Shown here: one piece after another, positions 56,425 to 64,000 of the stretch
Numbering within the stretch: the stretch's first letter is position 1
Layout: each line of letters starts with the position of its first letter
Assembly: GCA_022841985.1 (NCBI GenBank)
Contig: JALHQL010000003.1
Location: 6,878-70,877, forward strand
Source of the DNA: Minisyncoccota bacterium
Lineage (GTDB): Bacteria; Patescibacteriota; Minisyncoccia; Phycocordibacterales; Phycocordibacteraceae
Length of the DNA stretch: 64,000 nucleotides
Reading direction: 5' to 3'
Position numbers and translations under genes: made by a program
The notes under the pieces: model-generated
Databases searched by the model: none
What the model was told of the DNA's origin: nothing
What the model saw: the letters and a program-made list of their open reading frames with translations, nothing else

Positions 56425-56455
56425 TATTGACAATAGATTGTCAATATGCTAGTAT
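56425..56455 (+). promoter_or_regulatory. Sigma-70 promoter with a palindrome over the -35 box
   Basis: TTGACA (56427-56432), 17-nt spacer, TAGTAT (56450-56455); tattgacaat-ag-attgtcaata. Confidence 0.7.
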
Positions 56456-56499
56456 AGAGGTGTCGATGTAGTTATTAGCTATTTCGGTAACTAAACCAC

Positions 56500-57072
56500 A
56501 TGAATACCTTAGGAGCCCTTATGGGCTTTTTGCTTTTATCTGGCGGCACAACGATGTTATCAGAAGCACCAAAAACGCCCGGATTCTCTGGCTACTCGGT
56601 GACGCTGCCAGGGCACGAGGTAACTCTTACTGCCTATAACGCCGTACCTGAACAGACTGACGATGACCCTCTTGTCACCGCCTCCGGCGCATATTCGAAC
56701 CCCGAGGTCATTGCAGCGCGTTCTCGTGACCTTGTCGATAAGTTGCCCTTTGGCACAATTATCGAGATTGACGGTACCGATGCTTCGAAAAAGAATTGCG
56801 GGTACGATATCGTTGCTCCTATCATCGGGTATCGCGTCATTGCGGATACCATGAACGCACGATACACCGACCGCATTGATATTCTCTTCGATACAGAGTC
56901 TAACTACACTCTTGCAGACGGTAGAACAAAAAATGCTGGTATAGTACTGGGTATTTGTAGCGGTGTGACAATCCGTGTTGTGGGACATGTCGCTATAAAG
57001 AACATTCCTAAGACGCAGATTGAGCTTGCAAAAATCGTAAAGGGCGACAGCAATGCACTCGCACTTAAATAA
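56500..57072 (+). CDS. 3D-domain (lytic transglycosylase-like) secreted protein
   Basis: TAYN...QTD..P..TASG, LPFGT and DTMN.RY..RIDI. Confidence 0.85.
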   Translation: MNTLGALMGFLLLSGGTTMLSEAPKTPGFSGYSVTLPGHEVTLTAYNAVPEQTDDDPLVTASGAYSNPEVIAARSRDLVDKLPFGTIIEIDGTDASKKNCGYDIVAPIIGYRVIADTMNARYTDRIDILFDTESNYTLADGRTKNAGIVLGICSGVTIRVVGHVAIKNIPKTQIELAKIVKGDSNALALK

Positions 57073-57151
57073 GACGTAGGAACGTCTTGCTCCTCAGCGC
57101 TCGTTCGGAAAAGAAAAATTGCTTTTCTTTTCACTCACTCGCTTGAGAGTA
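57072..57151 (+). mobile_element. Diverged 80-nt copy of the TA-flanked structured element
   Basis: TA|a-hairpin-ctcc..gcgctcg..tcgg-hairpin-cactcactcgcttg..agTA, same architecture and length as 20998-21077. Confidence 0.55.
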
Positions 57152-57172
57152 AATCGTAGGTACTTGCAATGC

Positions 57173-57207
57173 AAAAAACACGCGCCGCTCTGCGGCGCGT
57201 GTTTTTT
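57173..57207. terminator. Intrinsic terminator
   Basis: aaaaaacacgcgccgc-tct-gcggcgcgtgtttttt. Confidence 0.85.
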
Positions 57208-57223
57208 TGTTATGCTTACTCCT

Positions 57224-57877
57224 ATGCACCGTCTCACGTGCGCAAAGTCTGGACTCACACCAGAGGAATATAAGACGCTTTCCCACCTCACGACGCCAAT
57301 CAAGATTCAAGATTTTCTTGATGCTATTCCGTTTAATTTTGAAAAAAAGGGTGACACTCACATGTCCCCGCGTCGCGTATTGCGCGAGGATAGAGCGCAC
57401 TGCATCGAGGGAGCGCTGTTCGCCGCTACTGCTCTCTGGATACGAGGCGAACCCCCGCTCATCATGAACGTCTCGGCCCGGATGGGGAAAGGTGATGTCG
57501 ATCATGTTATTGCGCTCTACAAACGCGGTGGTTATTTTGGTGCTATCAGCAAGACAAATCACTCCACAATCCGCTTCCGCGACCCGATTTATCGAACGCC
57601 CCGTGAACTCGCGCTGTCATATTTCCACGAATGGTTCATGAATGAGACGGGAGAGAAGACGCTCGAGTGCTACAGCAAGCCGCTTGATATGCGCCGCTTC
57701 GGTACCGAATGGATCACGGCAGAAAAAGACTTGTGGCATATCGCCGACGCGCTCAGCGTCCTACCGCATTACCAGCTTGTGCCCAAAGGGAATCTGCGGT
57801 ACGTGCGCAAAGCTGACGCAATGGAGCTTAAAGCCGGAATGTTCATCGAATGGTCAGAATCTAATCCGAGGACATAG
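57224..57877 (+). CDS. Conserved hypothetical protein, transglutaminase-like Cys-His fold
   Basis: IQDFLD, SPRRVL...AHCIEGA, DHVIA and GAISKTN; start placed 7 nt after TGtTATGCT. Confidence 0.75.
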   Translation: MHRLTCAKSGLTPEEYKTLSHLTTPIKIQDFLDAIPFNFEKKGDTHMSPRRVLREDRAHCIEGALFAATALWIRGEPPLIMNVSARMGKGDVDHVIALYKRGGYFGAISKTNHSTIRFRDPIYRTPRELALSYFHEWFMNETGEKTLECYSKPLDMRRFGTEWITAEKDLWHIADALSVLPHYQLVPKGNLRYVRKADAMELKAGMFIEWSESNPRT

Positions 57878-57911
57878 ACCCCCATTAGAAAATGTGGTAA
57901 CGTTTACATAT

Positions 57912-58301
57912 ATGAAAGGCTATCTGGTCAATATCGAGCAGGCAACGAAAGAGAATACCGACTATCGCCGCGTTCTCTACACCGCCAAGCACAGTCAGTT
58001 GGTACTGATGAACCTTGCTCCTGGCGAAGAGATAGGCGAGGAACTACATCATCTGGATCAGTTTATTCGGTTTGAAGAGGGGCAGGGGCAGGTGATGCTT
58101 GATGGGGTCATACATGAAGTAAAGGCCGATGATGCACTCGTCATACCGGAAGGTACGCGTCACAACGTTATAAATACGGGCGCGGTTCATCTGAAGCTCT
58201 ATACAGTCTATTCACCACCCGAGCACAAGGACGGAACGATTGAGAAGACAAAAGCGGATGAGTATGAGGAGCATTTCGACGGCATAACAACCGAGAGCTA
58301 G
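57912..58301 (+). CDS. Cupin-domain protein
   Basis: YRRVLYT..SQLVLM, EIGEE.H..DQF, IPEGTRHNV and LYTVYSPPEH. Confidence 0.92.
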   Translation: MKGYLVNIEQATKENTDYRRVLYTAKHSQLVLMNLAPGEEIGEELHHLDQFIRFEEGQGQVMLDGVIHEVKADDALVIPEGTRHNVINTGAVHLKLYTVYSPPEHKDGTIEKTKADEYEEHFDGITTES

Positions 58302-58311
58302 AACTGAGCAT

Positions 58312-58710
58312 ATGCAAAAGAGAACACCGGTACATCCGGCGGGAGTGATCGTGAAGCGTTCGCGTACCGGACTCGGGCTCTTTTCAGCGCGCCCTTTCAA
58401 GAAAGGAGAGCGCATCATCGAGTATGTCGGACGGACGATATCGAATGCTGAAGCATACACAAGCCGCAGCAAGTACCTTTTCGAAGTAAATGCGCGACGG
58501 ACAATCGATGGCGCGGCGCGCACGAATATTGCCCGATACATCAATCATTCTTGCCGTCCCAATTGTGAGCCAGAGATAGAACATGGACGTATCTTTATCG
58601 ACGCGCGCAAAAATATCAGAGCGGGCGAAGAACTTTCCTATGACTATGGTAAAGAGTATCTCGATGAGCACATTAGGCCCTTGGGTTGTCGATGCGTGAA
58701 GTGCCAGTAA
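58312..58710 (+). CDS. SET-domain lysine methyltransferase
   Basis: GLGLF, IEYVG, ARYINHSCRPN, GEELSYDYG and post-SET CRCVKC. Confidence 0.95.
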   Translation: MQKRTPVHPAGVIVKRSRTGLGLFSARPFKKGERIIEYVGRTISNAEAYTSRSKYLFEVNARRTIDGAARTNIARYINHSCRPNCEPEIEHGRIFIDARKNIRAGEELSYDYGKEYLDEHIRPLGCRCVKCQ

Positions 58711-58720
58711 AATGCACCAC

Positions 58721-58758
58721 AAAACAAAACGCCCCGCTAAAGCGGGGCGTTTTGTTTT
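58721..58758. terminator. Bidirectional terminator
   Basis: aaaacaaaacgccccgct-aa-agcggggcgttttgtttt. Confidence 0.85.
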
Positions 58759-58774
58759 TGCTCAATCTAATTGC

Positions 58775-58984
58775 TTAGATCTTGCTGACGTTGAGGGCGT
58801 TCGGGCCTTTTGGGCTGTCGCCAATCTCAAACGAGAGCTTGTCTCCTTCCTGGAGCTCATCGAACGAGATGTTCTTGAGCTCATTGGAATGGAAGAAAAG
58901 ATCCTTCGAACCGTCCGGTGCGCCGGCAACTTTGATGAAGCCGAAGCCCTTCTCGTTCTTCTTGATGACTGTTCCTTCTTTCAT
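58775..58984 (-). CDS. Cold-shock domain protein
   Basis: KGFGFI, DLFFH and KGPNA.NV; upstream TTGACA-17-TACCCT implies a leader of roughly 90 nt. Confidence 0.96.
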   Translation of the reverse strand: MKEGTVIKKNEKGFGFIKVAGAPDGSKDLFFHSNELKNISFDELQEGDKLSFEIGDSPKGPNALNVSKI

Positions 58985-59169
58985 ACTAATGATAGATAGA
59001 TTATGTGACTAAGGTATCAAATCAGTAGCCGAAGATAGAAGCTCGATCCCACTTCTTTGGATCCAGCTCTGGTTGACTGCTGTAGGGTAGCAGACCTCTG
59101 GTTTTTTGTCAATAAACCGAACCTATTCCCGAGAGAAGTGACTCCTAGTCTAGACCAAATACACAATAC

Positions 59170-59424
59170 TTATTTACGAGGAGATGTGATTCGTGCCTTT
59201 GCTATAGCCTCTGTTACCTCTTCCACACCGGCATCAGGTACGATGACCCCGTCGATATCAAGGGTCGGACTCTTGCTTTGTCCGCTCTTTTCTTCAACTT
59301 CTTTTTTGTATGCCGGATTTTTGATGATATCTCTTTCCTCAAAAGGAAAGTTATTTTCTTTCAAATAATCAACAACATCAATCGTCCAAGGACATCCAGT
59401 TTTTGTATAGACAATGATATTCAT
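59170..59424 (-). CDS. Glutaredoxin-like protein
   Basis: IVYTKTGCPWT, FEERDI and SGQSKSPT. Confidence 0.88.
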   Translation of the reverse strand: MNIIVYTKTGCPWTIDVVDYLKENNFPFEERDIIKNPAYKKEVEEKSGQSKSPTLDIDGVIVPDAGVEEVTEAIAKARITSPRK

Positions 59425-59975
59425 ATTATTTCTCTGCGAGCAAATCTTTTTGCGATTGTAATGCCTATGAGGATCCATAGTCCGCCAAGAGCATATCCGG
59501 CAAGCACGTCGCTTGGAAAGTGCACACCCAGATACAATCGGCTGAAGCCTATACTTCCTATGATTGCTACAGCCACGGTCAGTATGAACGGTTTTTTTGT
59601 AGGGAAAAGAACGCATAAGAAATACGCTATAAAACCGTACAGGGCCATTGCGATGGTGGCGTGTCCGCTCGGAAACGAGAATGAAGTCTCGATGACTGAT
59701 GAGATGAAATCACTTGGCCGTGCACGTTCCACAATTACTTTCATGATATGTCCCGTTACACCTGCACCAATGAGAGTAATTGCCAATCCTAATGCGTATA
59801 CTCGATACACTGTAAAGTACAGAAAAAAAAGCATAACAATTCCGGCGATAACAGCGACGGTAAATTCATCTCCAAAAAAAGTTATCCCACTGAAAACGTC
59901 CAAGAAGAATGGTGTTCGTATACTGAAAAGTAGTTCCTCGAACCACTGATCGGCAGCGATTATGGAAGTAATCAT
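59421..59975 (-). CDS. PAP2-family phosphatase
   Basis: K...RARP, SFPSGH and SRLYLGVHFPSDV. Confidence 0.93.
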   Translation of the reverse strand: MITSIIAADQWFEELLFSIRTPFFLDVFSGITFFGDEFTVAVIAGIVMLFFLYFTVYRVYALGLAITLIGAGVTGHIMKVIVERARPSDFISSVIETSFSFPSGHATIAMALYGFIAYFLCVLFPTKKPFILTVAVAIIGSIGFSRLYLGVHFPSDVLAGYALGGLWILIGITIAKRFARREII

Positions 59976-60075
59976 CACTAGATTATACAGCAACTTTCAT
60001 TCCTCGTTCCCTATAACTTTTTGCGACAACGAGTCCTACGATTGTGCCGATAATCGCAGAGGTGATCTAACTGTC

Positions 60076-60723
60076 TTATTGTTTGAGAGCCGCATCAATC
60101 GCTTTAGTAAGCGCAGAAAGTGTTAGATTTTTTTGTTCTACACCATTAAGAAAAATGGTCGGTGTACGATTTAGTCTAAGCGTACTTGCATCTTGAAAGT
60201 CTCGAGTGATGCGAGATGCGTACGCATGAGTATCAAGAGCCGCGCCAAATGCAGTAAGATCGAGTCCTATAGACTTAGCATAGGAGTCAAACAATACGCG
60301 TGGATTCTCACTGTTTACCCATTCTTTCTGATTTTCGTAGAGGAGCGTATGCATATCCCAATAACGCCCTTCGGCACCCGCGGCTTCCGCAGCTTCCGCA
60401 GCAGAACGAGAGTGCTTATGTTGAGGGAGAGGGAAGTTTCGGAATACAAAGTTAAATTCTGGATTCCCCCCGTAGGTAGCAATGATCTGTTTAAGTACTG
60501 GCTCGATCGCTGCGCACGCTGGACATTCAAAGTCTCCCCATTCAACCATAGTTACCTTTGCGGTCGTGGTACCGGTCATGGCGCTGTCAGGTCTAACCAT
60601 CTGCTCCTGAGCAGTCGTCTGCACTGCTCCTGGTTCAGGTGAAAGCCAAAAAAAGAGAACGAAACCGAGTATCACGACGACAAAGATGCCGGCGAGCGCT
60701 ATAAGTTGGTCAGTTAATTTCAT
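60076..60723 (-). CDS. dsbA: DsbA-family oxidoreductase
   Basis: DFECPAC, RNFPL..H and RTPT. Confidence 0.9.
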   Translation of the reverse strand: MKLTDQLIALAGIFVVVILGFVLFFWLSPEPGAVQTTAQEQMVRPDSAMTGTTTAKVTMVEWGDFECPACAAIEPVLKQIIATYGGNPEFNFVFRNFPLPQHKHSRSAAEAAEAAGAEGRYWDMHTLLYENQKEWVNSENPRVLFDSYAKSIGLDLTAFGAALDTHAYASRITRDFQDASTLRLNRTPTIFLNGVEQKNLTLSALTKAIDAALKQ

Positions 60724-61132
60724 GGTTGAAGCGACGATGAATAATCATAAGCGCGCTAATTGCGATAAATGAGACAAGTGATGCGGTAATTAAATTAAGT
60801 CCCAAAAGCGACGGCAACTGCTCTGTACAGGATACCCCAACAGAGCATGGTGCGAACGCTTTTGAAAGAATACCATAGTATAGAAGTGTCTGATAAAAAG
60901 CAGTAAGACCGCCGAAAATGGAGAACGGAAGTACGTACGTGGAAAGTTTTAGGTCTGCGTACCAAATCCCGATAGGGATGATGACTACCAGTGGGTACAT
61001 AAATATCCTTTGCCACCAACACAACACACAAGGTTCAATGCCGAGATATTGAGCATAAAGACTTCCGAGCATCGCGATGAGCGCAATAGCAAAGGCACAA
61101 AGAGGCGCAATAGTTGCTAGTTTACGAAGCAT
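60710..61132 (-). CDS. dsbB: Disulfide bond formation protein B
   Basis: PCVLCWWQRIFMYP and a second Cys pair PCSVGVSC. Confidence 0.92.
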   Translation of the reverse strand: MLRKLATIAPLCAFAIALIAMLGSLYAQYLGIEPCVLCWWQRIFMYPLVVIIPIGIWYADLKLSTYVLPFSIFGGLTAFYQTLLYYGILSKAFAPCSVGVSCTEQLPSLLGLNLITASLVSFIAISALMIIHRRFNHEIN

Positions 61133-61168
61133 AAATCTAGATTTCTGCAGTTTAGCATATCAGAAATG

Positions 61169-61198
61169 AAAAGCGCTACGACTTGTCGTAGCGCTTTT
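61169..61198. terminator. Hairpin terminator
   Basis: aaaagcgctacgac-tt-gtcgtagcgctttt. Confidence 0.75.
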
Positions 61199-61228
61199 TC
61201 GTTCGAATAGGCAACACACTCTTCCACA

Positions 61229-61381
61229 CTACCGACCCAAAATGCATATGGCAATGATGGTGACTACCGCCACAAAAGAGAGCCAGGCAACTATCCTGTT
61301 ATGCACTCTTTTCTGCCTCGTACGCATTTCATCCTCCGGGGAGGAGAAATCGGGTGATGGTGATTGAGATGCTCCAATCAT
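61229..61381 (-). CDS. Small protein with a C-terminal TM helix
   Basis: AGGAG Shine-Dalgarno before ATG 61381; hydrophobic tail. Confidence 0.55.
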   Translation of the reverse strand: MIGASQSPSPDFSSPEDEMRTRQKRVHNRIVAWLSFVAVVTIIAICILGR

Positions 61382-61419
61382 GTCATTCTCTCCTTCCTGG
61401 ATGACAGTACTGACTTTCC

Positions 61420-61665
61420 TCAACGCCGCCTCCTTCCTTCTTTGTTGCTTGGGATTGCACTTTTATCAGACACCAAAACTTCTTGGGATGACGAAGGATT
61501 CTCTGAATCCAGAAAATGCTCTACGCCGATGGTTGCACCACAGGGGCATATTCGCACTTCAAGAATACTCCCTTGAAAGAAATCCGGGTATAGTTGATAC
61601 AGTTTGAGTTCCCAAAATCTCTCCCTTGAGAAATTTCGTTTGCATACGATGCATCGTTTGTACAT
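61420..61665 (-). CDS. Small putative zinc-binding protein
   Basis: GGAGG Shine-Dalgarno; CIVC...CPCG. Confidence 0.6.
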   Translation of the reverse strand: MYKRCIVCKRNFSRERFWELKLYQLYPDFFQGSILEVRICPCGATIGVEHFLDSENPSSSQEVLVSDKSAIPSNKEGRRRR

Positions 61666-61804
61666 GCCATCCTCCGTAATAAGGCGCGATGACAAAGAAC
61701 TCTTCTTCTATGCTATATACCCGCGATTGAAGAATCGCCTATCCTAAGAAAGACGATCGCCGCCACGTGCAATATGCGCACCGTGGCAGCGACAACGAGA
61801 GTTT

Positions 61805-62110
61805 CTATGGTTCAAAGGCTTTGCGACCGAGCGTGGAAGTGGAAGACAGTTCGGACACTCCTCTTGCGGACACGACGATGTGTCTGAAGCCTTTCGATAG
61901 AGCTTGAGAAAAGATCGAGATATCGAAGGTGAAAGGAAGAAGTACGAATGTGGGTCTAATGCGATCGCAGTCTTGGAGATGCTCTTCTGCACTCTGAGGG
62001 TTGCTTGTCGTGTACTCGATGTCTTCACCCCCAAAGATTTCAGTGAGGGCATGCACTTCACCCGGAACAAGTTGTGACGATAATTGGTGCACGAGCAAGA
62101 TTTTTACCAT
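61805..62110 (-). CDS. Hypothetical protein (receiver-like alpha/beta pattern)
   Basis: AAGGAGG Shine-Dalgarno; TTGACA-17-TATGGT upstream. Confidence 0.65.
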   Translation of the reverse strand: MVKILLVHQLSSQLVPGEVHALTEIFGGEDIEYTTSNPQSAEEHLQDCDRIRPTFVLLPFTFDISIFSQALSKGFRHIVVSARGVSELSSTSTLGRKAFEP

Positions 62111-62225
62111 TTCACCCTCCTTGGCTGTGTAATTATGAATGTCATGTAAAGTGCTCTGCTATTACCATAGATACACAATAGTTTTCTGTCAAGAGTGCCC
62201 GCACGCGAGGTATACTGCGCCCGAT

Positions 62226-63041
62226 ATGAAGCGATTCATCGTCTTGGATAAAAAAATGGGCGAAACACCACTTGCAGCTATCGGTTTGTGGAAAAGAGAG
62301 AACCCAGAATATGCTGACACGACAGCATGTTACGCGGGCCGCCTAGATCCGATGGCTTCGGGGAAACTCCTCATACTTCTCGGCGATGAGTGCAAACGAC
62401 AACGCAACTACACAAACCTAGATAAGGAATATGAGATTGAGATCTTGCTTGATGTCGGTAGTGATACAGGAGATGCGCTTGGCATGCCGGAGTATTCTCA
62501 CAAAGAAGTATTTGCGGAGAAAAGGAATATTACCGATCTTCTTCGTAAAGAGCTCGGCGCGCACTTGCGCGAATACCCTGCGTTTTCTTCAAAGACTGTA
62601 AATGGCAAGCCGCTTTTCCTCTACTCGCTTGAAGGAACACTCTCGCACACAATAATGCCGAAACACATCGAACACATATACCGTATTCAATGTCAGAGCG
62701 TGTACACTATCTCAACCACAGAACTTGAGACCAGGATATCGAAATTCCTTGCATGTGTTCCGCGCACAAATGAGCCATCGAAGAGGCTTGGAGAAAATTT
62801 TCGAGTAGAGACTATTCGTGCGTGCTGGACTACGCTTCTTAACACTATTCCGGAAAGAAAATTCACCGTGCTCCGCCTAACAGTAACGTGCGCGTCCGGT
62901 ACTTATATGCGCTCCCTCGCGAGTCGTATCGGTACATCACTCCACAGTAAGGCGCTCGCGCTTTCCATCAAGCGGACAAAGATAGGGACGTATACGCCGC
63001 TGTGGGGCGGCATAGGATTTTGGCTACGCACGTACCGTTAG
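62226..63041 (+). CDS. truB: TruB-like pseudouridine synthase
   Basis: LDK..G.T, AGRLDPMASG, KEY, FSSK.VNGKPL and CASGTYMRSLA. Confidence 0.8.
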   Translation: MKRFIVLDKKMGETPLAAIGLWKRENPEYADTTACYAGRLDPMASGKLLILLGDECKRQRNYTNLDKEYEIEILLDVGSDTGDALGMPEYSHKEVFAEKRNITDLLRKELGAHLREYPAFSSKTVNGKPLFLYSLEGTLSHTIMPKHIEHIYRIQCQSVYTISTTELETRISKFLACVPRTNEPSKRLGENFRVETIRACWTTLLNTIPERKFTVLRLTVTCASGTYMRSLASRIGTSLHSKALALSIKRTKIGTYTPLWGGIGFWLRTYR

Positions 63042-63964
63042 TCAAACAAAGAAATGAGATAGGTATCGATGATGCGCTGATCAAACGTGTGAAAATATGC
63101 ATTTGATACGTGGAGATCGGTCGCAAGCTTTACGCCGACGAAGCGCCAGTGCCAGGGTTCAAATATATAGTAGCCATTGTTCTTTGGATAAGAGAGGACG
63201 AAGCCGTAGCGATGAGCATTAGCGGTAACCCAAGCATAAGCAGGTTTTGTATCAAACCCCGCAAGCTCTCCACCCGTGCCGGTCGTAATGAGATCTACAG
63301 TGGTGCCAAGCTGATGCTCAGAATAGCCTTGCTCTGCAGAAAATTGGTTCGCCGTACCAGCACCATAGGTAACGGTGTATTGTCCTTTGAGCGATTTTTG
63401 ACTGGCAAATGAACGGTACGCTGAATCGACGTAGAGCTCGATACCATCAGCCTTGGCTTGATCAAGCATCCGCTGCAAGTAAGGAAGTACTTCTGGGATT
63501 ATTTGAAGCGACCTCGTCTCTCTGTAGACATAAGCGGGAGGAATGTCGACAAGTCGCGCGGGCGCATAGGTATCACTAAGAAAGAAGACTTTGGAATACT
63601 TTGTGAGAAGTTCCGGATCAATTTTACTTAATTTTTGCAAATCCGTAATAGTTCCGGTAATGGAGCCGACTTGACTTTTGACGCCGCCCAATTGCTCTTG
63701 AATGTTCTTCTTTTCTTGCTGAAGAGCATCTCCAAGTGACGTGGTCGCCTCCGCGATGTTGCCTTGCAAAAGTGTCGTGGTTGAAGCAAGTCGTGTATCA
63801 AATTTCGTATCCAGCTCTGCAACTTGTCTCGAAAGGGTAGTGAGGTGTGTGTATCCGTACCACGAGATACCGCTCACAAGAATAATGACAAACGTAAAGC
63901 CCCCGATCACAAATGACTCATACTGCGGCATTCTCCAGACTAATTTTCCGTTTTTTGCTACCAT
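63038..63964 (-). CDS. M15B/VanY-like D,D-carboxypeptidase with TM anchor and coiled-coil stalk
   Basis: SAYRS..Q, SEHQLG..VD, YGF.LSYP and EPWHWRFVG. Confidence 0.92.
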   Translation of the reverse strand: MVAKNGKLVWRMPQYESFVIGGFTFVIILVSGISWYGYTHLTTLSRQVAELDTKFDTRLASTTTLLQGNIAEATTSLGDALQQEKKNIQEQLGGVKSQVGSITGTITDLQKLSKIDPELLTKYSKVFFLSDTYAPARLVDIPPAYVYRETRSLQIIPEVLPYLQRMLDQAKADGIELYVDSAYRSFASQKSLKGQYTVTYGAGTANQFSAEQGYSEHQLGTTVDLITTGTGGELAGFDTKPAYAWVTANAHRYGFVLSYPKNNGYYIFEPWHWRFVGVKLATDLHVSNAYFHTFDQRIIDTYLISLFD

Positions 63965-64000
63965 CGGTCCAGTATACCTTGATAGACTACGATAGAAAAA

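Overview
A compact, gene-dense bacterial chromosome segment. Gene content points to Patescibacteria/CPR, probably Parcubacteria (inferred, not classified): GWAWSxNIGWISF-repeat surface proteins, a VirD4/TraG-like ATPase, trimmed UvrC, PheS and PheT, and LeuS with a Nudix insert. Recognisable genes are tgt, uvrB, uvrA, uvrC, ddl, mscL, ychF, leuS, mltG, mnmA, pheS, pheT, lexA, pyk, a Pif1-like helicase, a GH130/phosphomannomutase cluster, dsbA/dsbB, a truB-like gene, a VanY-like peptidase and six tRNAs. No CRISPR array, transposase, integrase, reverse transcriptase or prophage is seen. Four observations stand out. (1) A 77-80 nt structured, TA-flanked element with compensatory stem changes occurs at three loci: a tandem array at 30.4 kb, an intergenic copy at 57.1 kb, and inside a tRNA D-loop at 21.0 kb. 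(2) That last copy lies in a tRNA-Ala-derived RNA that lacks anticodon and T arms, follows its own extended -10 box and precedes tRNA-Ala(CGC), whose CCA overlaps the ATG of an AlaA-like aminotransferase. (3) Two secreted proteins share a near-constant N-terminus but have different Cys-rich tips, and a start-less orphan tip cassette lies behind one of them. (4) Most housekeeping genes appear leaderless, with a -10 box 6-9 nt before the ATG. All calls were made by eye; no searches were run.
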